NCBI GenBank assembly: GCA_905178155.1
Contig: CAJINV010000003.1
Span: forward strand, 2,955,715-3,019,714
Length of the DNA stretch: 64,000 nt
Direction of reading: 5' to 3'
Origin: Amoebophrya sp. A120
Lineage: Eukaryota > Protista > Dinoflagellata
Part shown: one piece after another, positions 35,901 to 48,370 of the stretch
How the letters are laid out: the number at the start of each line of letters is the position of its first letter
How positions within the stretch are numbered: position 1 is the first letter of the stretch
The notes under the pieces: generated by a model
The model's database searches: none
What the model saw: the letters and a program-made list of their open reading frames with translations, nothing else
Told to the model about the DNA's origin: nothing
Made by a program: the position numbers and the translations under genes

Positions 35901-38335
35901 GTAGCGTTAACGGACGAGGAGTGCTCCACCAGGTGCAAATGGCCATTACCTGGGCCGTTGCTGCTGCTCCCGTCGCCGGCTTGCACGTTGCCGTGATCCG
36001 TCGTAGAAATGTTTGCCGGACTGTCGACGCTGAGACAGCTTTTCTTGCTCGAAGACAGCAACGATCGCTTGCTACTTCCCCCGAACAAATTGTTTCCGAT
36101 CGGCGCCACGGGACCGCCGGAATTCGACCCTGCGCCCGGAGAGGGACTGGGGTTGGTAGCAGAACACGAATTCGAGCTGGAGTTGATCATGGAGTGGAGG
36201 CCTTCCAGCTGCAGCTGCTGCAAAAGGGTTTGGTTCATTCCCTCACTCGGACTCGGAGACGATCCCAACGGACTGCCCTTCGGACTGCCGCTGCTCAGGC
36301 GGATGATGCTGGAATAGGGATTCTGAAAAATGTTCACCCCCGGGGGCCGCACCACGGGTCGAGTGGCGCTGCCGTCCGGCGAAGCCGGACGCTGCTTGCT
36401 GCTGCTGCTTCCCCCTGCTCCCTTCGTGCCTGAGCCCGCCGCCGAGGGGCCCTGATGTTGCGGTGGTGGTGAGGAAACAACTGCTGTTGATGATCCCATC
36501 ACCCCTCCAAGCGCACCGAGCAAATACTGGGCCGGCGCCAGCGACAGAGGCGGGCTGGCTGCCTTGGTCTCCACCGCTTTGGTGTTCTGCTGCACGGCCG
36601 CCTGCTGCGCGGCTTTCTCCGACGTGCTGGTGTGGTACTGCGCCAGCCTCCCCCGCGCAGACGCCACGACATCCAACGTCCCGACAACCGCCAAGAGCAC
36701 CTTGACGGAGGACGGTGAGCTTCCGGAGACGCCGATGCCCAGGACGCCCTGGGCCGTCTCGAAAAACGGGTGGTCGCCGAGCGCCTCCGCAAAGCGCGTA
36801 CTGTGCACTTCCTCGGGTTCCACACTGTCCACCGCGAGTTTGTGCACCACCACGTCGAGGGCCGTGGCACTGCGCGAGGCCTTCGCGCTAGACAGTACCA
36901 GGTTGCGCAGCAGCTCCACATGCGTGGCGAGCAGCTCGTTCTCGCACTCCTCCGCACTCCGGTCCTCTTCCAACAAGCGCTGCAGCGTCAGACTCAACTC
37001 GTCCGACCAAAGCTTCTCGGACCGCCCGCTCCGCACGCGCTCGCAAAACACGACGGCCTAAAGATCCGATGAGTGACCAGATTAGAAGTACTACTAGAGT
37101 ATCTAGAGTATGGGCATCTTCAATATCTTTTCCCCGCACGAGCACGCGGCACAAAGAACTTTCGGATGAAACAAACGTAATTCCTGTACAACCGCCAAAG
37201 TAGCTCCTTGCACCTTGCCGCAGCTCTTTCATCTTTTTCATGTATACAAACTGCTAACTCACAGTTAACATCACAATGATCGAACTCAAAAACGCACCTG
37301 ATCCCACAGCGTCGCGTCCGAGTAGTTGTCGGATTCCTCAAAGCTTACTGCGTACTCGGAGCTTTCGTCCGTGACCGCACTCCGCTTGGATCCAGACCGA
37401 CTGCCTCCTGCGCCCACCGCCTTGCCATGTGCACCGCCTGCCTGTCCTCCATGAAGATGGTGTTGCCTAGTATTCGAGGGCGGAGAGGAGGTAGGTGCCC
37501 CGGCCCCCTCTTCCTGGCCTGCAGTCTGCGTGGCTCTTTTGTGGCGCACAATGATGTCGTTGGGGGGATCTACGCGTCGAACGATCCGATCCAGATTGTC
37601 GTACGTTTCCCGGGACGGATCCATTCCGGCCTGCGTGAGCAGGATCTTTCCGGCCTCCTGGCGGCTCTTCTCGATGACTTTTTTCTTGTTCAGCGCGTAG
37701 CGAAATTTGAACTCCTGGTCGGGCCGCCTGGGCTTGGAACTACTCGCCGCCCCCTCGCTCGGCAGGGAACTGCCGCTGGCGCTGGTCCCCCGTGCACCGG
37801 CAAACAGATGCCGCTTCTGACTTCCCCCGCCGCCGGTTGCCGAGCCTGAGCTTCGCTCGCCGTTCGACGTCCGGTGGTCCCTAGTAGTGCTATTGTCCTG
37901 CTGAGAGTTGATGTCATCCAGGGTGCGCGGCGACCCCGACCCGGGCGTGAAGGGGCTCGTTTCGGTGGTGCTCCCCACCGCCTCACTGCTCACCAACGAG
38001 CTCCGGCTGTTCTGGAACCCTGCGCGCTTCCCGGCCTTCAAGTTTTTCCCGCCGGCAGCGGCGTTGATCGCCACGGTGGTTCGGGCGGGGGCGTGCTCGA
38101 TGACGAAGGAAAGGTCCTCCGCCGTCCGGGCTGACGTAGCCTGCTCTCCTTCCGCCGCCGAGCGGGGACCCGGCCTGCTCGAGGTTGTTGTTCCGGCAGC
38201 CTGTGGCGCGGCTCTGGCAGGACTTGCATCGTAAGGCGCAACGAAGGATGCCTCGAGCTTCGGAACGCGATCGGAGTCCTTCTTGGTGCTTTGCGAGCTT
38301 GCGCTGCGCCGCAGAAACTTCCCCAAAAAGCCCAT
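23936..38335 (-). CDS. Giant low-complexity protein with a GAS2/GAR-like microtubule-binding domain
   Basis: ORFs 37286..38335, 34346..37051, 33602..34204, the 3' part of 26009..31696 and small exons down to 23936 mostly join in frame at GT-AG sites (one 3' junction near 25020-25220 not resolved). GAR-like segment DQVDFALTRF...WYF...KKIYADFRGQQVIIKSSRGLESLENFF at ~27862-28090. Confidence 0.55.
30851..32104. mobile_element. 1.25-kb insertion with a tandem-repeat tail, flanked by a perfect 57-bp direct repeat
   Basis: ATTTTCATCGCTCGAG...GTGCGGGAGCC at 30794-30850 and 32105-32161; the body is rich in CCGAAGG motifs and ends in TTGATTCCA repeats. Confidence 0.65.
31955..32095 (+). repeat. Degenerate tandem repeat (TAAC)TTGATTCCA, ~9 copies
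   Basis: Directly visible; it abuts the 57-bp direct repeat. Confidence 0.9.
32168..33649. mobile_element. 1.5-kb insertion with subterminal inverted repeats, flanked by a 39-bp direct repeat
   Basis: CGCATATTTGCAAAATGTAG (32198-32217) is inverted at 33602-33621, with imperfect outward extension; 39-bp direct repeat at 32129-32167 and 33650-33688 (1 mismatch). Confidence 0.65.
32685..32875 (+). repeat. 52-bp tandem repeat (~3.5 copies), plus a detached copy at ~32350
   Basis: TGCAATGATGGAAATTCCCCGCTCGGGTTTGGGTGA... units start at 32689, 32741, 32793 and 32846. Confidence 0.9.
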
Positions 38336-40939
38336 TTTGTCCCGATCTTTCTAACCATAGATGAACCTATATCCGACCGCTCCTCCGATGACTCTCTCAC
38401 GCCTATGAAGATGGATTTTCCATTTCTTTGCATGAGGCTACCGCTTGAACAAACTCTCACTTTATCATCTCTCCTAACGACTCGCGTGGAGCGAAAAAAG
38501 GACGACCTACGCGCAAACATCAACTCGTCACTCTGGTGCTTTTCAACATACCCATTAAGTCCTCCACGACGACGGAATCATTTCCGAGTCTCATCCAATC
38601 GAACTGCGAGTTACTCCCCTCGCATTTTCACCTGACACTCGAATGCCATCGAGCCCAGCGAGCGATTTTAGTCTTTTTAGATTGGTGTAAAAATCCAGTT
38701 CCCAACTACAAACCTCGTATGTACAGTTTTATTCCCAAACCAACGCCAAAGTAAAGTACAAGCGCCGATTAGCAAGTTTAAAAGCTGCAACTGGTTGTGA
38801 AGTTTTGATGCTCACAGAAAGGATTGTGAGCAGGGTCGTGACTGCAGCTTGCTATACTGTCTAGCGTCGATCGAGCAATTCGTTATTTGTGTCTTTCGGA
38901 CGCATGCACATCGAAATCAGAATCGAATTTGATGTTGAAGCTCACGTCCGCTTGAGGGTCGCTGGCAGATACAAGCATAGATACCGGAAAAGTTTGCCTT
39001 GCGAGGCATTTGCGTATAAAGGTAACAAACAGTAACTGGTGACAAAGGTAACAACTTCAAAAAGTCGACTGAAAGTGAAAGAAGCTTCTTCGTTCTTCAA
39101 CTAACTTCGTGCAATGGTGTAATCAAGATACTTCATGTTCGTTTTCGTTTTCCCCTGGAAATGAAAATATAAAAATGTGGTTTGCGGGTGGGTCATGCGT
39201 GAAAATGTTCCTTCTGGATTCGTTTTGGATTGCTGTCTTGATGTCGTACGGCCTTGCATGCACCCGTTGCCTAGTACGGACCAGCCCTCATGCCGCCTGA
39301 AATGCAAATTTTTTTTTCAATTACATCATGAATTTCAAAATTGGGCATCACTGGACTGTAATATTAAATCCTGCTTCATCATACATGTTATTGTCTCACT
39401 ATACTATTTTTCATAGATACTTCGACGAGCACTAATTATGGAATCTCTCTCGAAAAATGTTCAAAAGCTCTGGTGTTTTTCCACTTCTACAGAATTGCAA
39501 TAGCTAGAGACTTGCCGTTGGCCTACCTTCACACAACAACGGACTCAGTTGTGCGAAAGAGGAACGACACGAAACGAAACGACCGCGGCGAAGAGATCTG
39601 AGCGCTGGCGCTTTGGTCTGTAGCTTCTAAAAAGCAGACGGCTGCCGGTGCGCCTCTGTGGCGGGAAATGGACCTAGGTGCGGCCTGGTCCGTCAGCTGC
39701 GTCAATCAAGCCCGGCATGGGCGACCGGGTCCCGGAGAGTCCAGAAACTGAACCTGCCCTCGTTGGCCTAGCGCGTCTGTGGCAGAGGACATGCGTCCAA
39801 ACAGAAACGCTATCCAACGCTGTGTGGGCTAGCATACGCATACCGCAAGCAGGAGCGGACTCATGAGGGTGGTCCTCGTCGATGTGCCTGATTTTTACAG
39901 TTTTTTTTTGTTTGTTTCGAAGTCAACACGATACACCATGAGATGCATAGCAACATTCAAAAACCGACTGAGTGCAGGTACATTACCAAAGTGAATACAT
40001 AAACGGAAGTGGTCTGTGATGGACTATCATACATAAAATACATACTCGCACAACAGCATACAGTACCCCGCTCCAACAACATCAACAAACTCGATGCTTA
40101 TTTGCCTTTCCTTTTGCGATCTGTCTGATGCTGAAACTGCTTGATGTTGATGATGATGCGGATACAAACGGCCCTCGGTGAGACGAGCCATAAACGTCCA
40201 CACAGCTTCTCCCATACTGAAGACCGCGTCATGCTTCTACTTTCCATCATCCTTTTACCGTTCGTTTCTACTACTTTTCGAATCCTGCCAAGACACACTA
40301 CTTTCTTAGGTGGGTTCCATGTTCTGCCATGCACTTGCACTTCCTTGTAGAAGACTATGCCCATCTTCACTATTCGTCCTGGTCGACGTGCGAGGCTACT
40401 CATTAGAAGGATCATCGGTACGTCTATGTCAATCAATCCAGCTTCATGTTTCTAGTTGTTTGTTCCCAATTTGTTCCGCTTCCAAACTCCCCGACATACA
40501 GAGTTTGCATAGCCTGCGATACAACAGCTTCTTCCTGCAAAGCTTCGTCCTCCCTTTTGATCTTCAATGGTGTTCTTTCATGATGTTCTTTCATGTGCTC
40601 GCTTCTTGCCGTCATACCCATCAAATACTTGTTGCGCTCACTGCGACGTCGTGCCATGTTGCTGTACCATCGCGGATGCAAAAGTCCGTGCATCTGCATA
40701 CTGAACCAAACTGTCGCATGAACAACTGCAGACGGGCTCATACTCGGATGAAACATCTTGTTTTCTTTTCTGTAGAAGTGGAATATTAAACACCGGTATG
40801 TTATTAATTACCGCTGTAGCGATTGCATAGTATCGCAGGGATCAGGAAGTTTTTTTGGAAACGCATCATACATATGAATGGATGCATATTTTAAATAAGC
40901 TGGCAGTGACTGTTATTAATTTAAATAAAAGTTGATCTT

Positions 40940-42914
40940 TTACTTTTTCTGGATTTCCTCTCCGTCTTCTCGTGCTTTATGCAGATGTAAATTGAACGTA
41001 CCTGGAGTCCCCGGCTGCGTTCCGTACGCCGCGTAAGCAGCCGCTGCTTGCTGCTGGTCGGCAAAGCTTGCGAATCCCATCTGTGGTGCGGCCATCATGC
41101 CACTGGCCATGTCCAGTCCTCCATTTTGCATCTGCATGCCGCCCGCCTGGTTGTAGGAGTTCGGATCCACGTAGTAATTGTCCTGCCCGCCAAAGTTCCC
41201 GCCACCATTATCGTAGTTGTTTCGGTTGTTCTTGCCCCAGCTGTTGTGATTTTATTTGTGTAGTTTTATATATTGCAATAGAATTCTGCTTGATTTTTGT
41301 GAGCATGTCTACTTAGTACACCGAGTGAGAACAATGAAAAGCACATAGTCCTAACAAGATGCACCTTGAAAATAATGGAAAAATGTGCGTATAGTCGTAG
41401 TGTCTTGCCCATGACAAAAATCGAATTCTATCAATACCCGCCGCCGCCTTTGTTGTTATTGTATTTGCCCTTGCCGCCCTTGCCCTTTCCCTTGCCGCCA
41501 CCCTTGTTGTTGTTTCCCCAATTGTTGTTGCCCCAGTTGTTGTTCCCGCCCCAGTTGTCGTTTCCCCAGCCGCCGCCGCCGCCGCCCTTGTTTTTGCCCT
41601 TGTTGGCGTTCTTTCCACCTTGCGCGTAGGCCGCTCCCGCGGTGGGCTTGCAGTCGAACCACTTTCCGTCGATCTGGTTGTTCTCCTTGTTCATGACCGC
41701 TTTGTCGACGAACATCTTGTCGGAGAACGTCACATACCCGAAGCACCGGGACATACCCTTGGAGGGATCGAACATCACCCGCGCCTCCATCAGATTCGGG
41801 TCGATCTGCCGGAAAAACTCGTCCAACTTGGTCTGTGAAAGAAGTAAGACAATCCGCATAAAAAAATTTTGACTTTGATGTATCAGAACTACGGTACAAA
41901 ATACATCTTGCACATGCACTGGATGAACAAACTGATGATTCAACATGAAAGGGAATAACAACATCACAAGAACTGTGCCCTGCTCCTGCACCTTATCCAT
42001 GTATCAGTGTAATAGACTAGTATAATACCGAGTCGACGGTCTCTGCCAGACCTCCGCAGAAGATTTTGCGCTGCTCGATGTCCGCCTTGCCCTCGTTGGA
42101 AGACTTGTGTTCGTCGATGCGTTTCACCTCGCAGGCCTTCCCGTCGATATCCACGTGTCGGGTGATGCAGGCCGCCTCTAGTTCCTCCTCCGTTGAGAAT
42201 ATCAAATGCAAATATGTCTGGGTCTGGAAGGTTCTGAGACTTGTCACGCACGTTTTGCATGCGCCATGATGTCTGTGATGCGTGCCATAGCGTCACAGAA
42301 TTTTCGAGGGCAAATGCCCTCTCCGCGTAGACGAAATGGCGTTCCCTTTGCTGCTCATGCAATACAGATTTTTTCAGATGAATCCAAAGACAGCAACACA
42401 GGTTCCAAGCTTCCAGACCCAGACATATTTGCAATGCATAGAGAAAACGACGAACCCAAAACCGCGCGTGCGCCGGTGCCCGGTGTACTGATCGATGGAT
42501 CTGGTAGAGGTTTTTTTGTAGTGTATGAACTTGTTCGAGAGCAATCAAATTCAACCTTCTTTATCGCCTTTCATTGATTTTTTCAATTACTTATTTCATT
42601 TCCGCAAAAGTTCTTGTACCCAAGCTATTAATCTACGAAAATTATGAGAAAATATTAAGAGGTGATATCAAGTACTCCATGACGTTGCAGTCGATGACAT
42701 TGCCAAACTGCGTGAAGAAGGAGCGCAGCGACTCATTGGTGGTGTGCGGGCCGAGGCCACCCACGAACACCTTCTTCGTGTTGTCGTGCTGCGAGGTTGC
42801 GGTTCCTGGGGCCCCCATTCCGTAGTTGGGGCTTTTGCCGTTTTTGCCTTTGCGTTTACCTCCTCCCTTCTGTCCTCCGTAGTTGTTATCCGAGAACGGA
42901 TTTGAAGGCTCCAT
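40940..42914 (-). CDS. hnRNP A/B / Musashi / DAZAP1-type RNA-binding protein (2 RRM + Gly/Asn-rich tail)
   Basis: RNP2 motifs KVFVGGL and KIFCGGL; RNP1 motifs RGFGFVVF and RCFGYVTF; IDGK..EVK; GGGWGNDNW tail. 3' end uncertain. Confidence 0.85.
42200..42440. mobile_element. TIR introner family A (241 bp)
   Basis: TATCAAATGCAAATATGTCTGGGTCTGGAAG...CTTCCAGACCCAGACATATTTGCAATGCATA; direct repeat GAGAA at 42195-42199 and 42441-42445; removal gives RGFGFVVF|STEEE. Confidence 0.93.
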
Positions 42915-44405
42915 TCAGGGGTTGCAAAAAGTTGTACGGGGACAAAGAACTACTGTTATTTTCTTTTGCGCTCCTAGAGGCGGAACTGGTGTCGAACTGA
43001 CGCAAATGGGATAGATGTAGTAGATATACTCTACTAGTTGTTCTGTCCTACTTCTATCTTGGAATGAAACCAACTACTGTATTTACTTTATCCCGCAGTA
43101 GGTGCTGTTTACAATTGCAGAGCAAAAAAACTTTGGTATTGATTGGAAGGATGAGGATCTTTTTCTGTAGCAAGTAGGTCTCTTTCCAGGGGGACGCGAG
43201 ATCTAACTTTGCAATTTGAATTTCCTGCTCAGAAGTTTTTTTCCGTGTCAGCTAAAAATGCAGATCGTCAACTTTCATCGCCCTTTTGCATGCAACGAAT
43301 GGCTTTTTTGCATCTGACTTTGTGCAATGCTTTAACGTAAAAACCGCCTACTTCTATATGATATTCGCAATTCTTGAACGCGCAATAGTACGACTGGGTT
43401 CACGCTGATATAATTTTGTGATTCTACGGTATGGAACTTCGGGCTTCTAGTCTTGTACGATGATGATCCTCGTTGGCACGTTGACCATTCTACCATTGAC
43501 CTGTTTGCACGAGAGACGCTACGACTGATCTATATGCATGCATTTATAATCGCCTCTAGTACGTAGTGCTTTCTGGGCGTTTCTTTTGATTTCTGTATTA
43601 TGCTGACTCTTTACTTACTACAGATTGTGAGTCTCAGAACTACGGCGCGACTCATCGTGGGTCAACAGCTGACCACAGTCCTCAGCAAAAGAACCAAGAA
43701 GTTGTAAGTACTTCTTACGAGGCTCAACTTCGTTCCATTTTCTTCAAAAACTAGAAATTCGTAAAGCTAACATTGTGCGCAAAGCACAGCAAAAATGCCA
43801 GCGCATGGCTGTGTGGAGCGAAAGGCAGCCCCTTTCTTCAGATGAGCAGCTTCCTTGTAAAAGCTGTCGAGAACACGCACGTGGTCAAGGTCAACCAGGG
43901 AACACCCTGATTTGCACCGGACTCTCTGCAACGTCGATGACTCCATGCCCACGCTGGATGAAGGCAGATTGTTCACGTTCTACTACTAGGCAATCATTCT
44001 TACCGTTTCTTCGAAGTTGATTAATACAATCGGCACAGGCACAGATGGTGCGTGCACTACTTCACGATCACAAGTACTTCACTCGATGAAAAAGAAAAGT
44101 GCTACTTCAGTACTAGCTCACAGCAGGATTGATTGGGTTCTTTCGGGGTAAGGCGCAGAACATCTTTGGTCCTTGCAAAATCAAAGGATAGTTCGGGTCG
44201 AGAAAAAACGAGCGCAGCGTCCGGGTGGAGCAGGTAAATTAATATTCACCGTACGTGTTCGTCGTGTTGCACTCCCCGCTCGGTCCGTCGCGTAATGAGG
44301 ATAAAAATGGATCATCAAAATCTGGTGGTTTATTGAAAAAGTCACGCTACGTAGTTCTTTGTACTTGGATCGAAAAACAAACAGTTCCTCAACCAACCTG
44401 GTTGA

Positions 44406-47400
44406 TCACAGCTCGTCATGCCCGAAGTTGGTCGAGTCGTCCGCTTCCTTCGCAAAGTTGTCGTCAATCTGGGCGGCTTTGCCTTTCTTCTTCTTGGCAG
44501 CAGTCTTCTTCACTTTGTCCGCGGCGCCCATCAAGTTGCCCTATCCGGAGTAAAAACGTCCCCACACCAGAATCAAGATGGGAAATCTGCTAGACAAATC
44601 CACAAGGCTTGGCTGTTGCGCATGAGAAGTTTGGCTTCGTAGTGTAATTCTGTTTAGCTAGTTCATCAGCATCACAACTCCAGCACATCATGCTGATTGG
44701 AGCATAACAAATTCCGAAATACGAATAGAAAGTGCTTCTCATGGGGCTTCGCATGAGAAACATCTTCAGCATGCAGAATTGCATTACAGCTATAGGGTGG
44801 GGACGTTTTTACAAGTGATATGCCCCCGAAGCCCTTCATCATGTCCCCAAGCCCGTCCATACCGCCCATAGACTCCATCATCTTGTTAATCCCGTCCACC
44901 CCACCGATGCCGTCAATCGTCTTATGGCTTGCTCAGATACTTGTACAATCACAAGTGGTACAACAGAGTCTGCTGGATTTCTTTGTCGTAATATGGTAGC
45001 TTTTTTACACCTCAAGCCATAAGAAAGTAGTAGTCGTCCACTTTACGACCAATTATGCCTGGGAGTATCATCATGATGAGCAGCATGGGTAACAAACAGA
45101 GCCATGCGCCTTTCCCAATACAAGTTTCGCCGGATTCCGGCGGGGTTGGGGGTTCGTGACCTTGGCATGCGCATGCCTGCGAGAGGAGGCCAGACCCGGA
45201 TCATGATCGCGATCTTCTTGCATCACATCAAATCAGCGCTTTTCTTTGTAAACCAGGTTGAGATTGTACTATCACCTCCTGAGCGGGCCATACATCTTCT
45301 TGACGCCCTCTTCGCCACCTATACCCTCAATCAGGTCGCCGATACCGCCCTCGCCGCCCAAGCTCTCCATCAAACCTCCCAGGAGGTCATCGAAGCCGCC
45401 GCCACCCCCGCCGCTTTTCTTCTTCTTTTTCCCCGCCTTGCCCTTTTTTTTGTCGCCGGCCTTCGCGCTGCTCTTCGTGTCCTTCGACTTTGCCGTCGTG
45501 GAAGTAGAAGCGGCGTCACCCTCGGCCGCCTTTCGCTTCTTTTCGCCACTCATGAACTTCGCGACGGCCTGAATGATTTCCGGGTCCTTGACGAGCTTCA
45601 GGTAGCACTTCTTGTCCGTGGGGTTGCACGCAACCACCTTCTTCATCAGGGCGGGATTCTCCATAATCACCTTCTGCATGTCCTTGTTCTTGATCAGAAT
45701 CTGAGTGAAGTTTGAATTTCGTGTGTCGATAATGATTGTTTGAATAGTGCGAAAATTGTCTTTTTGGTTCTCAGCTTAGAGCAACACCAAAAACGACCCA
45801 TGTTTATTATATTGCGCATTCCTTTTATTATTGTTTTCCTAAAAAGTGCTACACCTCCTTGATCTTTTCTGGTGTGAGTTCCGGTTCTGGTTCTTCGGTA
45901 GTATCTTCTTCCACCACGATTGGCGGCTCCTCTTCGAGGGCTTTGTTCCAAGTTCGCGTGATTTCTTTCATCTCCGCGGGGTTCTGCAGCAACAGCTGCG
46001 AGAACTTTTTCAGTGCTTCCACACCCATCACTTCTGAGGACAGCAGCGGGACCTGGTGGAGAAGCAATGAAGATGAACTAGAAGGACTTACGTATAATTC
46101 TCGGAGGTAAAAAGTGTTTGCTGCCGTGGAAAAAACAAACTACGAGCAAAGAACAGGCTGATCTATCAACAACTTCATGACAGCACTCACCTCAACAAGT
46201 TGGACTTTGTTTTGCTCCCTTTCGGGGCTGTATTTCAGTTCCGCGAGGTACTTCTGTTGCAGGGAGAATTTCGAGGAGTAGACTTCCAGCGAGTTGACCG
46301 CTTTTTCCACCACGGCCTGCGGGAGATCGGTGCTTGTTTTCAAGGCTTTTGTCACCTGCAACAACTCCGACCCCTCTTCCAGCACATTCTGCTCGCTCAC
46401 CAGCTGGTTTACGATCACGTGCGTGGCCTTGACCTTCCTCTCGTGCAGCTCGGCCAGCAACCGCCGCGTCTCCGAGACGGACAGATGCTCCGCCACGCAG
46501 ACCACCACGAACCGCGTCTTCTCTGGGTCGGAGAGCATCTTCGCCACCAGGTCTACCTTCTCGTGGTACCGCTGCAGCTTAATTTCCAGCTTCTTCTTGA
46601 ACGACGGGCTCATGCCGGTCAGGCCCGTGGCCCCGAAGGCGCTCGCAATCCCGTCCACCGCGTTCAGGGCCTTGCTCTGCAGCCCCTTGAGGGCGCCAAG
46701 CGACTCCGCGATGCCGCTCGGCAAGTCCAACAGACGCAGCGTGTGCCCCGTGGGCGCGGTGTCGAATATTACCTTGTCATACCTGATGAAGATGAAATGT
46801 ATGTTGTGTCCAATAGTACAGAAGTCGTGGACACACCAAGTAAACCCGGTCCGCCGGTCGTCCTCCTCGAACGCCCGCGGCACGACGGTCGTTGTTGAGC
46901 CGTTGCAGCTACAAGCTGTCACCGGAACACAAAAAGATCTGTTCTTTCCTTGTAATCATGTTGAAAAATGGAGACAACGATAAGTAAATCCACGCGCCGG
47001 TTGCGCGACCTCGAAATTAATCTACTCTTACCGTCCAGACTTGACGTAGGTATGTGCGTCGGCGAGCGCGATAGCCTCGTCAATACCCTGCAGGCTGTGC
47101 ATGGAGTCCTTGGCTTTCTTGACCATTTCGCCAATTATCAAAATGCAAAATCCCCCCACCCCATATCAAAATGGAAATCTCTGATGCGGGATTTGTGTAC
47201 GCGAATCGGCTTTGTGTTGCGGTAGAGGACTGCAGGCAGGTGCACAGCCTGAGGAGGGGCGTTTTGGTGTAGGCACCGAGCAAGGCAGGCACATCCTCTG
47301 TAGGCGATACAGCATTACAAATTGCCTGCGCAACGCAGCGGAGTCTCTGGAGTTGCCTTCGTGCAATACAGAGACGATTTGTGGTCACAAATCAGCAACG

Positions 47401-48370
47401 CAAATTTTCAGGAGTATCCCTTTTTAGTATGGGGAGGGGGATTTTTCATTTTGATACCAATGGCCCCGCCCTCCTCCAACAATTCGTCCCACTTTGTAAG
47501 CTCCTTACTCAATATCAAATGCAAAAATGTCTGGGTCTGGAAGCCTTCCAGGTTTGTCATGCATATTTTGCATGACTCAGGATGTCTGTCATGCATGCTC
47601 TAGCATCACATATTTTTCGAGGCCTTCCTGATGCCTATCCCGCATGACAAATGCCCTCCTCGCGTAGCACAAACTGGGCTCCTCTTGCTGGTCATGCAAT
47701 ACAGATTTTTTTAGCATTCAAAGTTAGCGTCACAAGTTCCAATCTTCCAGACCCAGACATTTTTACAGTTTATACTCAACGCGGTTTTTGGGTCCAGCTC
47801 CAGTACATCCAGGTTTGGCATCCCCTTCACTCCCGTTGGCTCGCCCCCGAATTTCTGCTGCCATGCATCCCCGGTAGAATGTGCGGGGTCGGTGGACACC
47901 AGGAGAATCTGTACAGAAAAAATGCACTTTTGTTAGGCAAAAAAAATGATCTTTCCAGGCGCAAACGCATTTTGATTTACAGAACGCGCCGAAATAAATG
48001 TTCGCACAACAATCGCACGATGCGGGCAAGAGTGAGAAATGAAAGGTTTGCATGCATGGGCTTACCGAGGTCGCGGGAATCAAAAGAGTTGTGAAATCAC
48101 ATAAACAAAAACCTTCTTGTCCTTTGAGAGCTGTGCTGCTAGTGCGGAGCTGGTAGTTGTTTTTCCCACTCCTCCTTTACCGCCAACGAAGACGAACTTT
48201 ATTTCATCATCCAGCAAACTGCCAAGCGTCGCGTCATTTCTCGCAGGAGCTTCCTCTTCCGCGCGGAAGCAGGCCGGAAACATACCGACAAAAAGAACGG
48301 CGGCGGCCATCGGCCGCCGTGCGAGACCACAAGAGGGCGCCATGGAATCTCGGCTGATGGCCCTTGCCAA
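44406..48370 (-). CDS. Get3/ArsA-family ATPase with predicted signal peptide, STI1-like tail and HDEL
   Basis: Motifs [47 protein letters not shown] and VIVNQL. Hydrophobic N-terminal [16 protein letters not shown]. Ends [11 protein letters not shown] (TGA at 44406-44408). Confidence 0.85.
44542..44820. mobile_element. TIR introner family C (279 bp), inverted orientation
   Basis: TATCCGGAGTAAAAACGTCCCCAC...GTGGGGACGTTTTTACAAGTGATA; direct repeat TGCCC at 44537-44541 and 44821-44825; removal gives KGFGG|NLMGAA. Confidence 0.92.
44923..45292. mobile_element. TIR introner family D (370 bp)
   Basis: TATGGCTTGCTCAG..GTACAATCACAA versus reverse complement of the right end TATGGCCCGCTCAG..GTACAATCTCAA; flanks CGTCT/CATCT; removal gives GVKK(M/T)|IDGIGG in frame. 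Confidence 0.8.
47136..47456. mobile_element. TIR introner family B (321 bp)
   Basis: TATCAAAATGCAAAATCCCCCCACCCCATA...TATGGGGAGGGGGATTTTTCATTTTGATA; direct repeat CCAAT at 47131-47135 and 47457-47461; removal gives EGGAI|GEMVKK..GIDEA. Confidence 0.92.
47513..47774. mobile_element. TIR introner family A (262 bp)
   Basis: Family A TIRs; direct repeat CTCAA at 47508-47512 and 47775-47779; removal gives DPKTAL|SKELTKW. Confidence 0.92.

Noticed and set aside
14113-38234. Many long plus-strand ORFs (e.g. 17160..18266, 20003..21076, 34701..35711)
   Set aside because: They are antisense shadows of GC-rich minus-strand genes and have no recognisable motifs.
40098-40756. ORFs 40098..40436 and 40433..40756 as a gene
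   Set aside because: Short, with no recognisable motifs or supported splice structure.
12949-47774. Recurrent peptides such as [10 protein letters not shown] and FPDPDIFA as a protein domain family
   Set aside because: They are translations of family A TIRs in different frames.
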